From Squalus acanthias (Eukaryota), in the NCBI GenBank assembly GCA_030390025.1, contig CM059447.1, positions 19,096,001 through 19,160,000 of the forward strand: DNA of 64,000 nt, given 5' to 3'. The notes below the pieces were generated by a model. That model did not search any database, was not told the origin of the DNA, and was given only the letters and a program-made list of their open reading frames with translations. Positions 50,770-64,000 of the stretch are shown one piece after another (within the stretch, counting starts at the first letter, position 1; each line of letters begins with the position of its first letter). The translations under genes and the position numbers were made by a program.

Positions 50770-51759
50770 TTGGATTAGATTGGGTAACTGCAAGTAAAGG
50801 TCTTGCTCTTTGTGTAACAGTGGCCATTTTGACAAAGTGAACGCGGGGCCTGAAACTTGGTCAAAGACATTTTGCATTCATATAACATTAGAAGTTTAGG
50901 TTTTTCATTTTGTAAGACTTAACCATACAATAAAACGCGTTGCTGGTCTTGAGTTCTTGTTGGTAAATGTTACCGAGAGATCTATCTTTTGCGTATCCCC
51001 AGCTCGGAAACAAGCACTTCACTCTGACAGCAAAATTACTGCAGTTGATGATGATCCAAATGAAGTGTTCACTCACAAGGCAGGAGTTTTAAATTACATT
51101 TACAAAGCACACCTCACACGAGGGGCCATCAGCTCAGTGCTTCTACAAAGGCTTGACCAACTATCACCCTCTGGGATGTGGGTATAGAAGACCATCTGTA
51201 AAGAGATTTTAACTGCAAAGGACTTGCGAATCTTGCAGATGAATGGTAGTTGACATCAACATTTAGATCTTCAGAGACCAGGGATGTTTGGAATAGCACA
51301 TCCTTAAAAGGCTTCTTGCAGGGGACAGGGTAGTGCAGTGGGCTACCTCACTGTCCTTTCCCCTCAAGTGATGAGCTAAAGGAAAACATTTTGGACAATT
51401 CATTTCTGGCTTTGAGACCCCCGACCCACAACATAACTCGGCAGTCTCAGAGAGCCCACAAGCTGGCTGGCGTGGGAAAGGAAATGACAAGTACGCCACA
51501 CGATAAAGCAGTTGTGTAGGTGCATATTCAGAGGAAAAGCTGTGCATTCAATGCATTCAGCAGCAGTAACCAAGCCGACATGCAAGGGAACTCTATTTCA
51601 TATTCCTCACTCATGCCAACAAGATAAAAGTAGCGAATGCATTTGAAAGCAGAAGCTGATGCAAGAATCTGGGCAAGTTTTTGCAAACCAATAAAAAGAG
51701 CAATTCAACACGAGAGGGGAATAAAATGCACATATCCAAAGAAAAGAACAACAGCTCAC

Positions 51760-52011
51760 CTCAGAGAGTTGGTAATCTCCACCCAGACCCTCTTGAAGTC
51801 CGTGGGTGGTCTTTGCTCGCAGCAGTGTGATGTTGCCACCGAATTTAGATGCAGGGATATACTCGTCTGCTGCTTTAAGTTTGTAGTAGAAAGCGGTAGC
51901 AGCAAAACTAAGCGTGTTACGGTTGATGCTTTTATGGTTTGTGGTGATCATATCAACAACTGCATTAACTCTCGCTTGCAAGTTCTCCAGTGGCAGCAAC
52001 TTCTCAAAGAG
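51760..52011 (-). CDS. FASN: Fatty acid synthase exon (thioesterase)
   Basis: LFEKLLPLENLQARV...FYYKLKAADEY...GGDYQLSE; AG/GT; 252 nt, phase 0-0. Confidence 0.96.
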
Positions 52012-52504
52012 CTGCAGAAAAAGAGAGATCGGAAATGGTTAATTTTGCAAAAACTGTTGCACAGAAATCCCAACGCATGAATGAACAACACTGGAACTCA
52101 AAATACTTTTGCATTTCAGTAAATTTAACAAGATCACAATTGCTCTGTTTATTCAGAGAATGCTGCAAACAAAGAAATCAAGTAAACAAACAGTCACTAA
52201 CACAGACAGATTTTACTTCCTGGTCTAAAACATGCTAGGAGATGGTTAGAAAAGGGAAGATTTGTTTATGTTGTGGATAGAGCTGGACATGTAGCTGCTG
52301 AGAGACTGTTTAATATTTTCCACTAAGTGTTGCAGAACCTGTTTTACTGATGTGTTTTAACGCAACTAGATTTGGTTTTAATGAAGTAAAATTTTCACAT
52401 TTTTATCTTCATTTTGTTTGTAATAATCTCATTTCAATTATGCCAAAAGTCCCTTCCAGTTGCAACTTTAAGAGTCTCTGCTACCACTGAAAACATAAAT
52501 CTGT

Positions 52505-52547
52505 TAGATCGGTGGATAAGGAGATAGATCGGTGGATAAGGAGATAG
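52505..52547. repeat. 20-bp tandem duplication
   Basis: tagatcggtggataaggaga twice. Confidence 0.9.
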
Positions 52548-52560
52548 TTTTAAAGACTAT

Positions 52561-52734
52561 GGGGGGGGGGATTTTCCGTAGGGTATCTCCTGCTCGTACA
52601 TCCTAACTTCAGCGGAAGAGCCATGAAAAGCTCAGGAAAAGAAACAGTTTACACACCATTTTCCTGGGGTTTCCATTACTCTTCCACCCAAGTAAAGGCA
52701 GATGAGCAGGAGAATCCCTCCGGAAATTCACCCC
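52561..52734. mobile_element. Foldback MITE
   Basis: tctcctgctc / gagcaggaga, ggaagag / ctcttcc and caggaaaa / ttttcctg nested pairs; G/C termini. Confidence 0.7.
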
Positions 52735-53099
52735 TAAATATTGGGAATGTGGTGGCACAGTTCAGTGCAGCAGCAATGTAAGGCACTCAGTGGATGCAGA
52801 CTTGACCCGTTAGGCCTTCAAGTTACCAACATCAAAGAAGAAGCTAAACCGTAGCCAAGCTATTGAGGGCAGGAAAATCACAGTGCATCATACTCAGGTT
52901 GAAATCACGCCCCTTCTATTGCTAGAAGAGAGCAAATTTAGTGACAACCCACAGGAGTGTGGTGAGGGGCATCTCACCCTCTCGAGAACAATTGTCTGGG
53001 GATACCAGGGAAGTTTACACTGACATTAAAATAAATTGTGTACATGTTGGAGTAGATGTGCCAACATTTTGCATTTTCCCGGTGATTTTTTTCCTACTA

Positions 53100-53216
<117 letters not shown>

Positions 53217-53408
53217 CTAGAAATCAAGGGAAAGAGAAGTCCATTAGTGCTGATCTCGGAAAAATAAGCAGGGTTTAAGAGCCGACTTTTTAAAAAAATT
53301 TCGTGGGAGGGTTCAAAGAAAAAGAACAGCACTTGTCAATTATGGAAGCACTTTTTGATCATGTCCGTGCAGCCCCTTTCATCCAGTAGAGTGGGATAGT
53401 CTTTATTA

Positions 53409-53632
53409 AATAAAAGCAGAAAATGCTGGAAATATTCAGCTGGTCAGGCAGCATCTGTAGAGAGAGAAACACAGTTAACGTTTCAGGTCGATGACCTTTC
53501 GTCAGAACTGTTCAGAAGGCCATCAACCTGGACCGTCAACTCTCGTTTCTCTCTCCATAGATGCTGCCCGAGTATTTCCAGCATTTTCCGTTTTTATTTC
53601 AGATTTCCAGCATCCGCAGTATTTTGCTTTCG
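53409..53632. mobile_element. Penelope-like solo inverted pLTR pair
   Basis: Same sequence family as 40045-40145 followed by its degraded reverse complement and the ccagcatccgcagtattttg tail; a further fragment at 53866-53950. Confidence 0.85.
53473..53509 (-). ncRNA. Minimal hammerhead ribozyme motif
   Basis: Minus strand agtt-CTGACGA-aaggtc-atc-gacct-GAAA-cgtt-aact. Confidence 0.7.
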
Positions 53633-54063
53633 TATTGGTCCTTCTTATTGCTTTCCATAATTACAGCATTGAAAGCAGGCACACTCTTAAGAGAAATGTG
53701 AAAAGGGACAGCATCAGCTCCACTGGCATCGTGGGGGGTGCTTCACTTAAAGGCTCCGATGACCAACCGAAAAACCAAATGATAATTGCCGTCAATGGAA
53801 AGGGAAATCAGGCCGGGTGCGTAACGTGTAAGCAATTGGGCAAAAGGAACAGAGGTACACTGCAGAACAAAAGGGAAAATACTGCAACTGCTGGAAATGC
53901 TCAGCAGGTCAGTTAGCTTCCAATTCAGGCGTGCACCCTTCATCAGAACTGAAACCCAACAGACGAGCAGGCACTTTAGTAAGGCGGGGAAAAACAAATG
54001 AGAGGGGGGGGGGCAGGAGGGGAGAGAGAAAGAATAGATCCAACAATCAAGTGACCTGGGTTA

Positions 54064-54582
<519 letters not shown>

Positions 54583-55095
54583 TCAAAACAGCAACCCATA
54601 TATGGGTGGGTGCATGTATTGTAATAGTCTGCAAGTAAGGGAAATACATTATCATTTGAACCATAGCAGAGGGACACCGGTTTGTCCCTGGTGTCTAGCA
54701 TTGTCATGGGCAGTGCAAGGGCCATTTAAATGACACAAACCCCTATACACCAATTTTTATTTTTATTCAAAATTTTACTGGCTGCACTGTGATTGCTGGC
54801 AAGGCGACACTGCGGCAGGCCTGCCACAGCATTTCCGCACCAGCTGCAGGCAGACTCCCAAGTACAGGCTTGCAACATACCAAGGCTATGCAAATATCTA
54901 CCCCAATTTTGGTAAAGTGGAAAATCTAGACCAGTGTTTACTAATGTTGGGTTGGTCTTAACCCCATTTTCATAAGCCAATATTTTGACAATTTATGTTT
55001 TTTTTAATTAGTATCGATAATGCAGTATTCAAGCGAAGTGATCGCCACAAAAATAATATATCTTTCTGTAGCTAAAGCTGCAGAAACTCTAGCTA

Positions 55096-55449
<354 letters not shown>

Positions 55450-55947
55450 TTAATTATCCAGAGCGAGTGGTATGAATTTGCATTGTTTCTTAGTGATTAA
55501 CATTATTGCAATTTTCTGAAAGAAAAACCTGCAATAAATGCAACAGGTTAAGTTAACAATATTTAGATTAGTGATAAACAGTGAATATTTTAATAAAATA
55601 ACATAGGAATAAAATTCTCAAAGAAAGGTAGAGCCCATTCACATAAAACTAAAATGTTAGTCATAGCATTTGTTGTTTTAGTATCCAAGTATCAAGGAAT
55701 ATTTCATTTTTGAACACATTCCCGTGTTGCCTGAATTTGCATTTCGCAGCCAAGTGTGTTACTGGCCAAGTCTTTCCTGTGCCTGTAGAACTATTCAAAA
55801 TGAGGGCTTGGGTCTTATATAGCAAATGTTGGCAACGCCCATGCTACAGGCACACCCACACCACAGGCACGCATAGTCACAGTTTTGCCAGAACAGCAAA
55901 AAATCGAGGTTATAGTGTACCACCTTTCAATATTTTTAAATTCCTAC

Positions 55948-56136
55948 CTCCTGTACTGCCGGATTTGTTCACTAGTTCACGTAATTTATTGATGGTGAGT
56001 TGTCGGATTTCTCTCATCGTCATGACGATTTCATAATCCCTCTCAAGTGTTTGTCGTACTTCCACTGCCATCAACGAATCAAGGCCTAGGTCGCCAAGAG
56101 TTGAATCTGGGTTCAAACCATTGACGTCACGTGCAC
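55948..56136 (-). CDS. FASN: Fatty acid synthase exon (acyl carrier protein, LGLDSL phosphopantetheine site)
   Basis: GARDVNGLNPDSTLGDLGLDSLMAVEVRQTLER...; acceptor is AAG-type (cctaag|G), donor GT; 189 nt, phase 1-1. Confidence 0.96.
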
Positions 56137-56514
56137 CTTAGGGGAGAGGAAGAACAGCACCTTAGCCCAAGAGACTAAGCCAGACAACTGTGAATACATA
56201 AGCTCTGTAAATTCATTTTTTTTATAATATAAAGTGGGAGACATACCAATATAGTTATTGTGTGCTAATAGCAAATTTCCAGGGCAATTTCCCTAAGATT
56301 CTGCTCCAAATGCTTACTGCCATAAAAACCTGTTGCTAAAAGTCAAAGTGCTCAGGTAACATAAATTATCATGCATGGGATCACCAGCACTGCTAGATAA
56401 CATGCATGGGATCACCAGCAGTGTATGTTCACTGCAGTTTATCCTTATGAATAGAATGCCCTGTTCTAAAGCTCTCTGTTTATGTATACCATTTACATTT
56501 AAAGCTTCCTGTCG

Positions 56515-56830
56515 GATTCTCCGGATGAGTCAGTGGGTTTATCCAACAAGTACCTGAGCCGTACAGAGCAGGAAGGTCCCAGAATCGATCCGCAGTCTGT
56601 GCTGAGTTAGTTGATCTTAGTTGGGGTGGCGTAGAACAGGGGCACTACAACTGGTCTCAGCATCACTGGTTTAGGGAAGGAACAACAGCCAGGATTGTCA
56701 CTCCTAATCACTCGCCAAAGACCCTGCCAGAAATGTATATGTTTGGATGTTGGGTGAGGAAAGGATAGAGTTTGGCTGTGACTCCCCCCAGAGTTCAATG
56801 CCCTGCCAAGACTTATACATCAATAAAGCC
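56515..56830 (+). mobile_element. Probable tRNA-headed SINE (different family)
   Basis: A/B-box-like head; degenerate relatives near 20700-21005 (minus) and 26440-26600. Confidence 0.5.
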
Positions 56831-56883
56831 TGTAGAGCACAACTGGTGCACAGGGAATCATATCCCAAACAAGGAGTCAACAG

Positions 56884-57057
56884 GTGGGTAAAATCCAACT
56901 TCTGCTGGACGCAAAACAGGCGGCAGTGGATCGGCTGAAAGTTATAGGCCCGATTTTCCCCAAAGTCAATGGAAAGGAAAATCAGGGAGGGTCTATAACG
57001 GGCAGCTGATCCACGACTGCCCATTGTGTGTCCAGGTCAAAGTTGAATTTTACCCCC
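56884..57057. mobile_element. Foldback MITE (same family as 7611-7795)
   Basis: gggtaaaatccaactt / aagttgaattttaccc termini; shared tcaatggaaaggaaaatc core. Confidence 0.75.
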
Positions 57058-57667
57058 AGTGTCTTTGAGACGAGAGGAGGGAGAAACTGGTGAGAACACT
57101 TTTTAAAAATTGCTTCTTGTTGGATCACACCTAACCAACCTTCATGGGAAGCCATTACAAATGTTTTGTACTGTCTTAATTTACAAACGTTTTAATTGAA
57201 AAATGACGAAAAAAAGAACAAAGTGTGACGCCTATTTTAATTTAGAATTTTTGAAAAATTGCGATTGTAAACTAAATCATGAAGACATGAAATCAAGTTG
57301 TCTCCTACATGCTGCAATATAAAACAGCTGACTGATGGTAACTATTCCTTGATTTGTAACTTTGTTCAATATTCAAATAGCAGCAACGTTCTTGCTGTAT
57401 TGTTTGCACGCTGAATGAGTTCTGCAGGCTACTGCTCCAATCCTTCATTTTTAGAAACCATTTTAATCCGCTGTATTGTTGTGTAAGCAAACCACAGTTA
57501 TGACATGGAGAGACACACGCAGATTGTTTTGCAAAGTAACAGAACTACATTCACTTGGTAAGTATTTATTTTTAAACCATGTGGTGTTAAAATTAGCCAC
57601 TTAATATTGGACCAATAGCAACAGGTCCTACATTATTATACAAAAACCTAAAATCCATCAATATTCA

Positions 57668-57985
<318 letters not shown>

Positions 57986-58918
57986 TCACAACCTTCTATT
58001 CTTTTATGCTTTTCCAATTGCCTCGCCGAGGTGATTTCTATAAAAGGAACTACCAGCTTTTACTACTTTAAAGTGTTTTCAGTTGAATGCCCAAAATTCA
58101 TTTGGGTATTTAACTCATTATTTCTCTTCCTTCCCAAATGCTTTTGTTCGAGTTCTAATGAGGATTTAAACTTGGAAACGTTATCCCCTCAATTTACAAA
58201 TGCATTTGCTGTGCATTTCCAGCATTTTCAGTTTTTATTTCAGATTTCCAGCATTTTCTTTTGATTACAGGAAAGGGTGCACTTATTTGCTGCTGATTTA
58301 TTCACTCAAATGATGATTATTGGCACACTCCTGTAGGGGCAAAGAGGGCTGATGTGCTGTCATGTTGTAGGATGGCAGTGGATTGAGGGAATGTCCCTTT
58401 CCTGGAAAGTAGGGGTGGAGATCAGGCGGTGGTGTCAAAGGTAGACTACGTTACACAGAAGAGAAGACTTGAGGGATAAGGGGTCTTCTGATGCACCATG
58501 CAGCAGTCACTGAGGAGTCCCGAGTTTTTGTCATTTTGTTCTTTTTCATTTAATTCTGCCTTCAGCCCAGTTTTCTTGCCACTAAAATGTTATAGCCCCA
58601 TTTATATACCGCTAATACAACAGAAACGGTGAGGTAATTCACTCCCAAGGCCTCCCTTCAGCGGGTGAAAACTGGATAGTACATGAATGATTATAATATT
58701 CCTTCACAATAATAACATGGCCTCACATTAAACTGATTGATATTTAATGACTGGATGTCAAAGTTTGATAGAAAACTGCCATTTTCAAAAACATAAATAA
58801 TACAATATGAATTACTGAAACTTAATAGAAAAAGAGTAAGGATTTTATTTTGAGGGGATTGATGAGTGAGTCTAAGAGGGGAGATTGCACACTATCAGTC
58901 ATGAAGGAAAAACATAGT

Positions 58919-59637
58919 GGCCCAGAATTTGCTGGAGTGGGACATCGCGTGGCATGCCCTGTTAGTTACACTTCTTCCCTCACCCTTCAGCTTGAAAAGT
59001 TTCTGCCCTGTAAGTTGCTGGAAGTGTGAGCTGCTAACAGCGCGGCGAGGACAATGGGGCATCTAGGACCTTGGTGAACAACGGGACCAACAGTCTATCT
59101 CCTTAACCAATACGATTTAAGGATTGAGAAAGAAACAGAGGAATGACGGAGAAGGAGGGTGAATCAAATCAGGTACAGAAAGAGAAATAGAGGGAAAGAA
59201 AGATTGGATTAAGAGAGAGAGAAAAAAAAAGACAGAAAGGAAAAGTAAGAAAAATCTTAAAAATTTATAATTTAAAACATTTCTAACAATTTACTACCTG
59301 TAGGAATGAGACTCCATGGATTAAATTGTTCCCTTTCTGGGCTGGAGGTTAATTGGCATTGCAGGAATATAAATCTCCTCACTTGTGCTGTTAAGTACTA
59401 ACCCTAACTTTCTGCAGTTAGTTTAATGAGCAATAAATGCGCAAATGCAGCAACTTCATGAAACTCATGGGGAAGTCGAGGACGAGCTGCGGGTTTTGCG
59501 AGGCGAATGGCGGAGTGGCGTAAATCATCCAGCAACTTGCGGCGATTCACGATTCACAGGGCATCGCTTCCTCGCCATAAGTCGCTGGACAATTTACACA
59601 TTAATAATGGTGTTATTTTGGCAGCAAATTCCGGGGC
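58919..59637. mobile_element. PIF/Harbinger-type MITE
   Basis: TIR ggcccagaatttgctg / cagcaaattccggggc (14/16); 3-bp TSD AGT on both sides. Confidence 0.82.
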
Positions 59638-59705
59638 AGTATTTTTAATATTTGATACATCAGGCAGGGCACTAATCTTAAACCAATTAACTACAATTTC
59701 TTTCA

Positions 59706-59945
<240 letters not shown>

Positions 59946-60668
59946 TTACTGGCTGCATTAAACTGGCATGAAAATCAAATTTAAAAGATAAAACAGGCAC
60001 TAAAAATAGTACAGATGTTAATCAGGCTCTTTGTACATTTAAATCATACAATAATATCTCTATGAAGGATTGTTGATTAGAATGAATGCCACTGCATAAA
60101 CAATGGGTTTTGGAATGATTTGGCTTTTCTGAAGTTTTCAAATTCATTGATATGTAATACTATATCATACAGCTGTCATTGTCTCTTTTTGACTTATAGT
60201 TTGTATATTACATTTTTTGGTATGATAAAATCTTAAATAAAAATTGTAACTCTTTGCAGCTTGTAAGAGATGACTTGAGACAAGTTCTATAGACGATGGT
60301 GGCCAAGAAATGCGAGACTAGCTATCCCAGTGCCCTGAGGGGGGGGAAACCTGTGGTCCGAGCCTGGTGAAGTTGAGGGAGGAGCAGGGCTGGGAAGAGC
60401 TGCAAGAGCTGCCTTCATCAAAGAAAAAAAATGAAATCTAGTGCGTATCCACCCTTATCGCTCACATGGTTCTTGGATCATAAAATATATAAGCATTAGG
60501 TCACATTAATCCCACCGACCAATCAAATTGGTGGAACAGTAATAGTTTGGCTCATGTGATCTTCATGGGCCAATTGGATCACGAGAAGTTAACATGGATT
60601 GACTGAGGCAATCAGATGTTCAGAAGGGAACCCAAACTTGTTTTCAATGATGAACTGATTTTTTTTTA

Positions 60669-60863
<195 letters not shown>

Positions 60864-61472
60864 TCATGGGATAACAGGGCAGTGTGCTACCATGTGAACA
60901 ATCTAGTCACCAACAGAGATTACAGAACTTAATCAATCTGATCTGAATTCAAATGCAAGTATTGGAATTTGAAAGAGCAGGATTCACTTCAGATGTTGTT
61001 CCCAAGTAGGACCCTGTGTCCGTGTAGAGTGGCCACATTCCTTATAGGTTCAGTAGCTAGCTTTTAATATTCTAAACTAGATTGTAGTATGTAGGGAAAT
61101 TTGCAGCACTGATATTTAGCGCTACTCTTGAAAGAAATAGCCACCTCAATCATGGAATAAGGTAAGTGGCTAACCTTTGGCAAGTGGAAAAGTTTGTAAA
61201 GTGCTTTTGAAAACATTTTGTGGGGTGGCAAGACATGATGGAACTGGATTTTACTTCTGGGATTTTTTTTTCTCTCATCGCAGATAAATCCAACTGAAAG
61301 TGGAAACCATACAGGAAGCACCTTCACATGACACCGTACTCTGATCACATCCAACATACTCACTTTGGATGGTCACAGTGGTGCAAATATTCACATCCAT
61401 GGTAACAGAGGGTGGAAAATATTACTACTCACTGTAATAATGCAGTGCATGAAAAAGCCAGCACAAGCATCA

Positions 61473-61790
<318 letters not shown>

Positions 61791-62521
61791 TTACAAACAA
61801 TCTGTCAGAGGCAGCGCAGACATTAAATAAACCCGATTCAACAACTGCTAATAATTGCAGTACAGTCAAGTTTCAACTATTTCCCCAAAGTTCTTGGGTG
61901 ACAGAGCTTAAAAGAGTTTAAAGTTCCCATTCAGCTGACTACATGGAGGAGTTCCAAATTCAATTTGCCGTTAACGACAACAAATTGTGTGTGTCCAATG
62001 GGAGAAGGGACTTTACACAGTTACAATATGGGACAATAGTCAATACATTCTGAAACATGATGCACGGTATTAATCTAAGATGGTCAGGCATCACAGATTA
62101 TGGCAATTGTTTGTGTATTTTAGTTCCAAAGATAACACTCAATGGAGATTTCTTTCTACCCAATAGAAAACTGAAGCCATACTTAGAATTCTTGTAACAC
62201 TGCAATCATTTTATGCGGAGTGGTTAACATTGGTCAAAACAAATAAAAGATATTTTCAAAAATGCAGGGAAGGTAAGAATTTACTTTTGCTAAATTGGAT
62301 CTTTAAAAAACTACAAAAAGATTTAACAGAGTTTTTAGCCAATTGGCAGCGCTATAAAATGTTAAACAAAAAACAGAAAAAGTGGATGCCATCAATTCAA
62401 GCACACACACACATCCATGTTTGACAGACAGACTTGCATTTATATGGCATCTTAGAGTACCACATACAATGAACTATTTGGAAGTAACTGTGACTTATTC
62501 TGCAGGCAAACACAGCAGCTA

Positions 62522-63070
<549 letters not shown>

Positions 63071-63591
63071 TCAAAGGTGCTCACAGGTTACTTTGATAAT
63101 TAGGGGACTGCAGAAAAATATACTCGATTAGGTAAAAAGCGCAGTAAAGGAGGTCGGAAAACAATGTGGGCAACAGGGGACGTAAGGGATAAAGAAAATA
63201 TAAAACCACCGGTAAGAGATAATGAAAAAAAGGGATTGAGAATACAATTACAAAAAATATGGAAAGAGAGAACATTTCTATAAATGTACTTGGGGAAAAC
63301 AGGTGACAAAGAAGAGTTCGCAAGGGGAACATGATAACTAATAATCAAGGAGTGGCAGATGTCTTTAATTATTTTTTTGTGCCAGTATTTACAAATGAAT
63401 CTGAAGATGACCGTGCCCTTACAAGGTTGCAACTTAAAGAGGAAGAGATGATAGATATGGAAATTACGCACAAAGAAGATAGAATGAGACCACGGCACCC
63501 AGCCTCGATGGACTCAAAAGGAAATGCTAAATTAAGTTAGTCATGTTGAGAGCAATTGCTAAATATAGAGAAGTTGTTTCATGAGGTTATA

Positions 63592-64000
63592 GGCGTACGG
63601 TGGTATTACGGTTATGTTACTGGACTGTTAATCCAGAGGCAGGGAATAATGATCCGGAAGTGCAAGTTCAAATCCCACCACGGCAGCTGGGGAATTTAAA
63701 TTCAGTTCATTAAATAAATCTGGAATAAAATAGCTAGCATCAGTAATGGTGACCAGGAAACTACCGGATTGTCGTAAAAACCCATCTGGTTCACTAGTGT
63801 CCTTTAGGGAAGGAAATCTGCTGACCTTACCTGGTCTGGCCTATATGTGACTCCAGACCCACAGCAATGTGGTTGACTCTTAACTGCCCTCTGAAATGGC
63901 CTAGCAAGCCACTCAGTTGTACCAACCACTACTGCAGCAGCTCACCACCACCTTCTCAAGGGCAATTAGGGATGGGCAATAAATGCTGGCCTTGCCAGCG
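63592..64000 (+). mobile_element. SINE-like element with LINE-derived tail (runs off window)
   Basis: B-box-like agttcaaatcc; 3' end ctcaccaccaccttctcaagggcaattagggatgggcaataaatgctggccttgccagcg matches the LINE tail at ~45873-45931. Confidence 0.85.

Noticed and set aside
56370-56420. 20-bp direct repeat catgcatgggatcaccagca with period 31
   Set aside because: Simple local duplication with no further structure.
58310-58352. C/D box snoRNA in a FASN intron (ATGATGA...CTGA)
   Set aside because: Boxes only ~40 nt apart and no terminal stem.

Overview
Vertebrate genomic DNA, most likely from a cartilaginous fish (inferred from SacSINE1-like DeuSINEs, CR1 and Penelope-like repeats). Two spliced genes lie on the minus strand in the same order as in human. 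The first is the last 11 coding exons of fatty acid synthase FASN (KR, ACP and thioesterase domains; stop at 50369). About 7 kb downstream is DUS1L (tRNA dihydrouridine synthase 1-like), with a putative non-coding first exon in a CpG-rich patch and 9 phase-consistent coding exons; its remaining 3' exons apparently lie beyond the left edge. Introns are dense in transposons: CR1/L2-group LINE fragments, tRNA-headed SINEs, a decayed two-gene PIF/Harbinger element, about a dozen GGG-terminated MITEs, a hAT MITE, and Penelope-like elements carrying minimal hammerhead ribozymes. The most unusual signals are (i) a ~750-bp TIR-bounded element built from a chain of local hairpins whose pairing is preserved by compensatory substitutions between two copies, (ii) hammerhead motifs in host-sense orientation paired with inverted copies, and (iii) a GC-AG intron and unusual active-site-adjacent substitutions in FASN. 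No CRISPR array, rRNA or genuine tRNA gene was seen. Coordinates were read by hand, and repeat boundaries are approximate unless a TIR or TSD is quoted.
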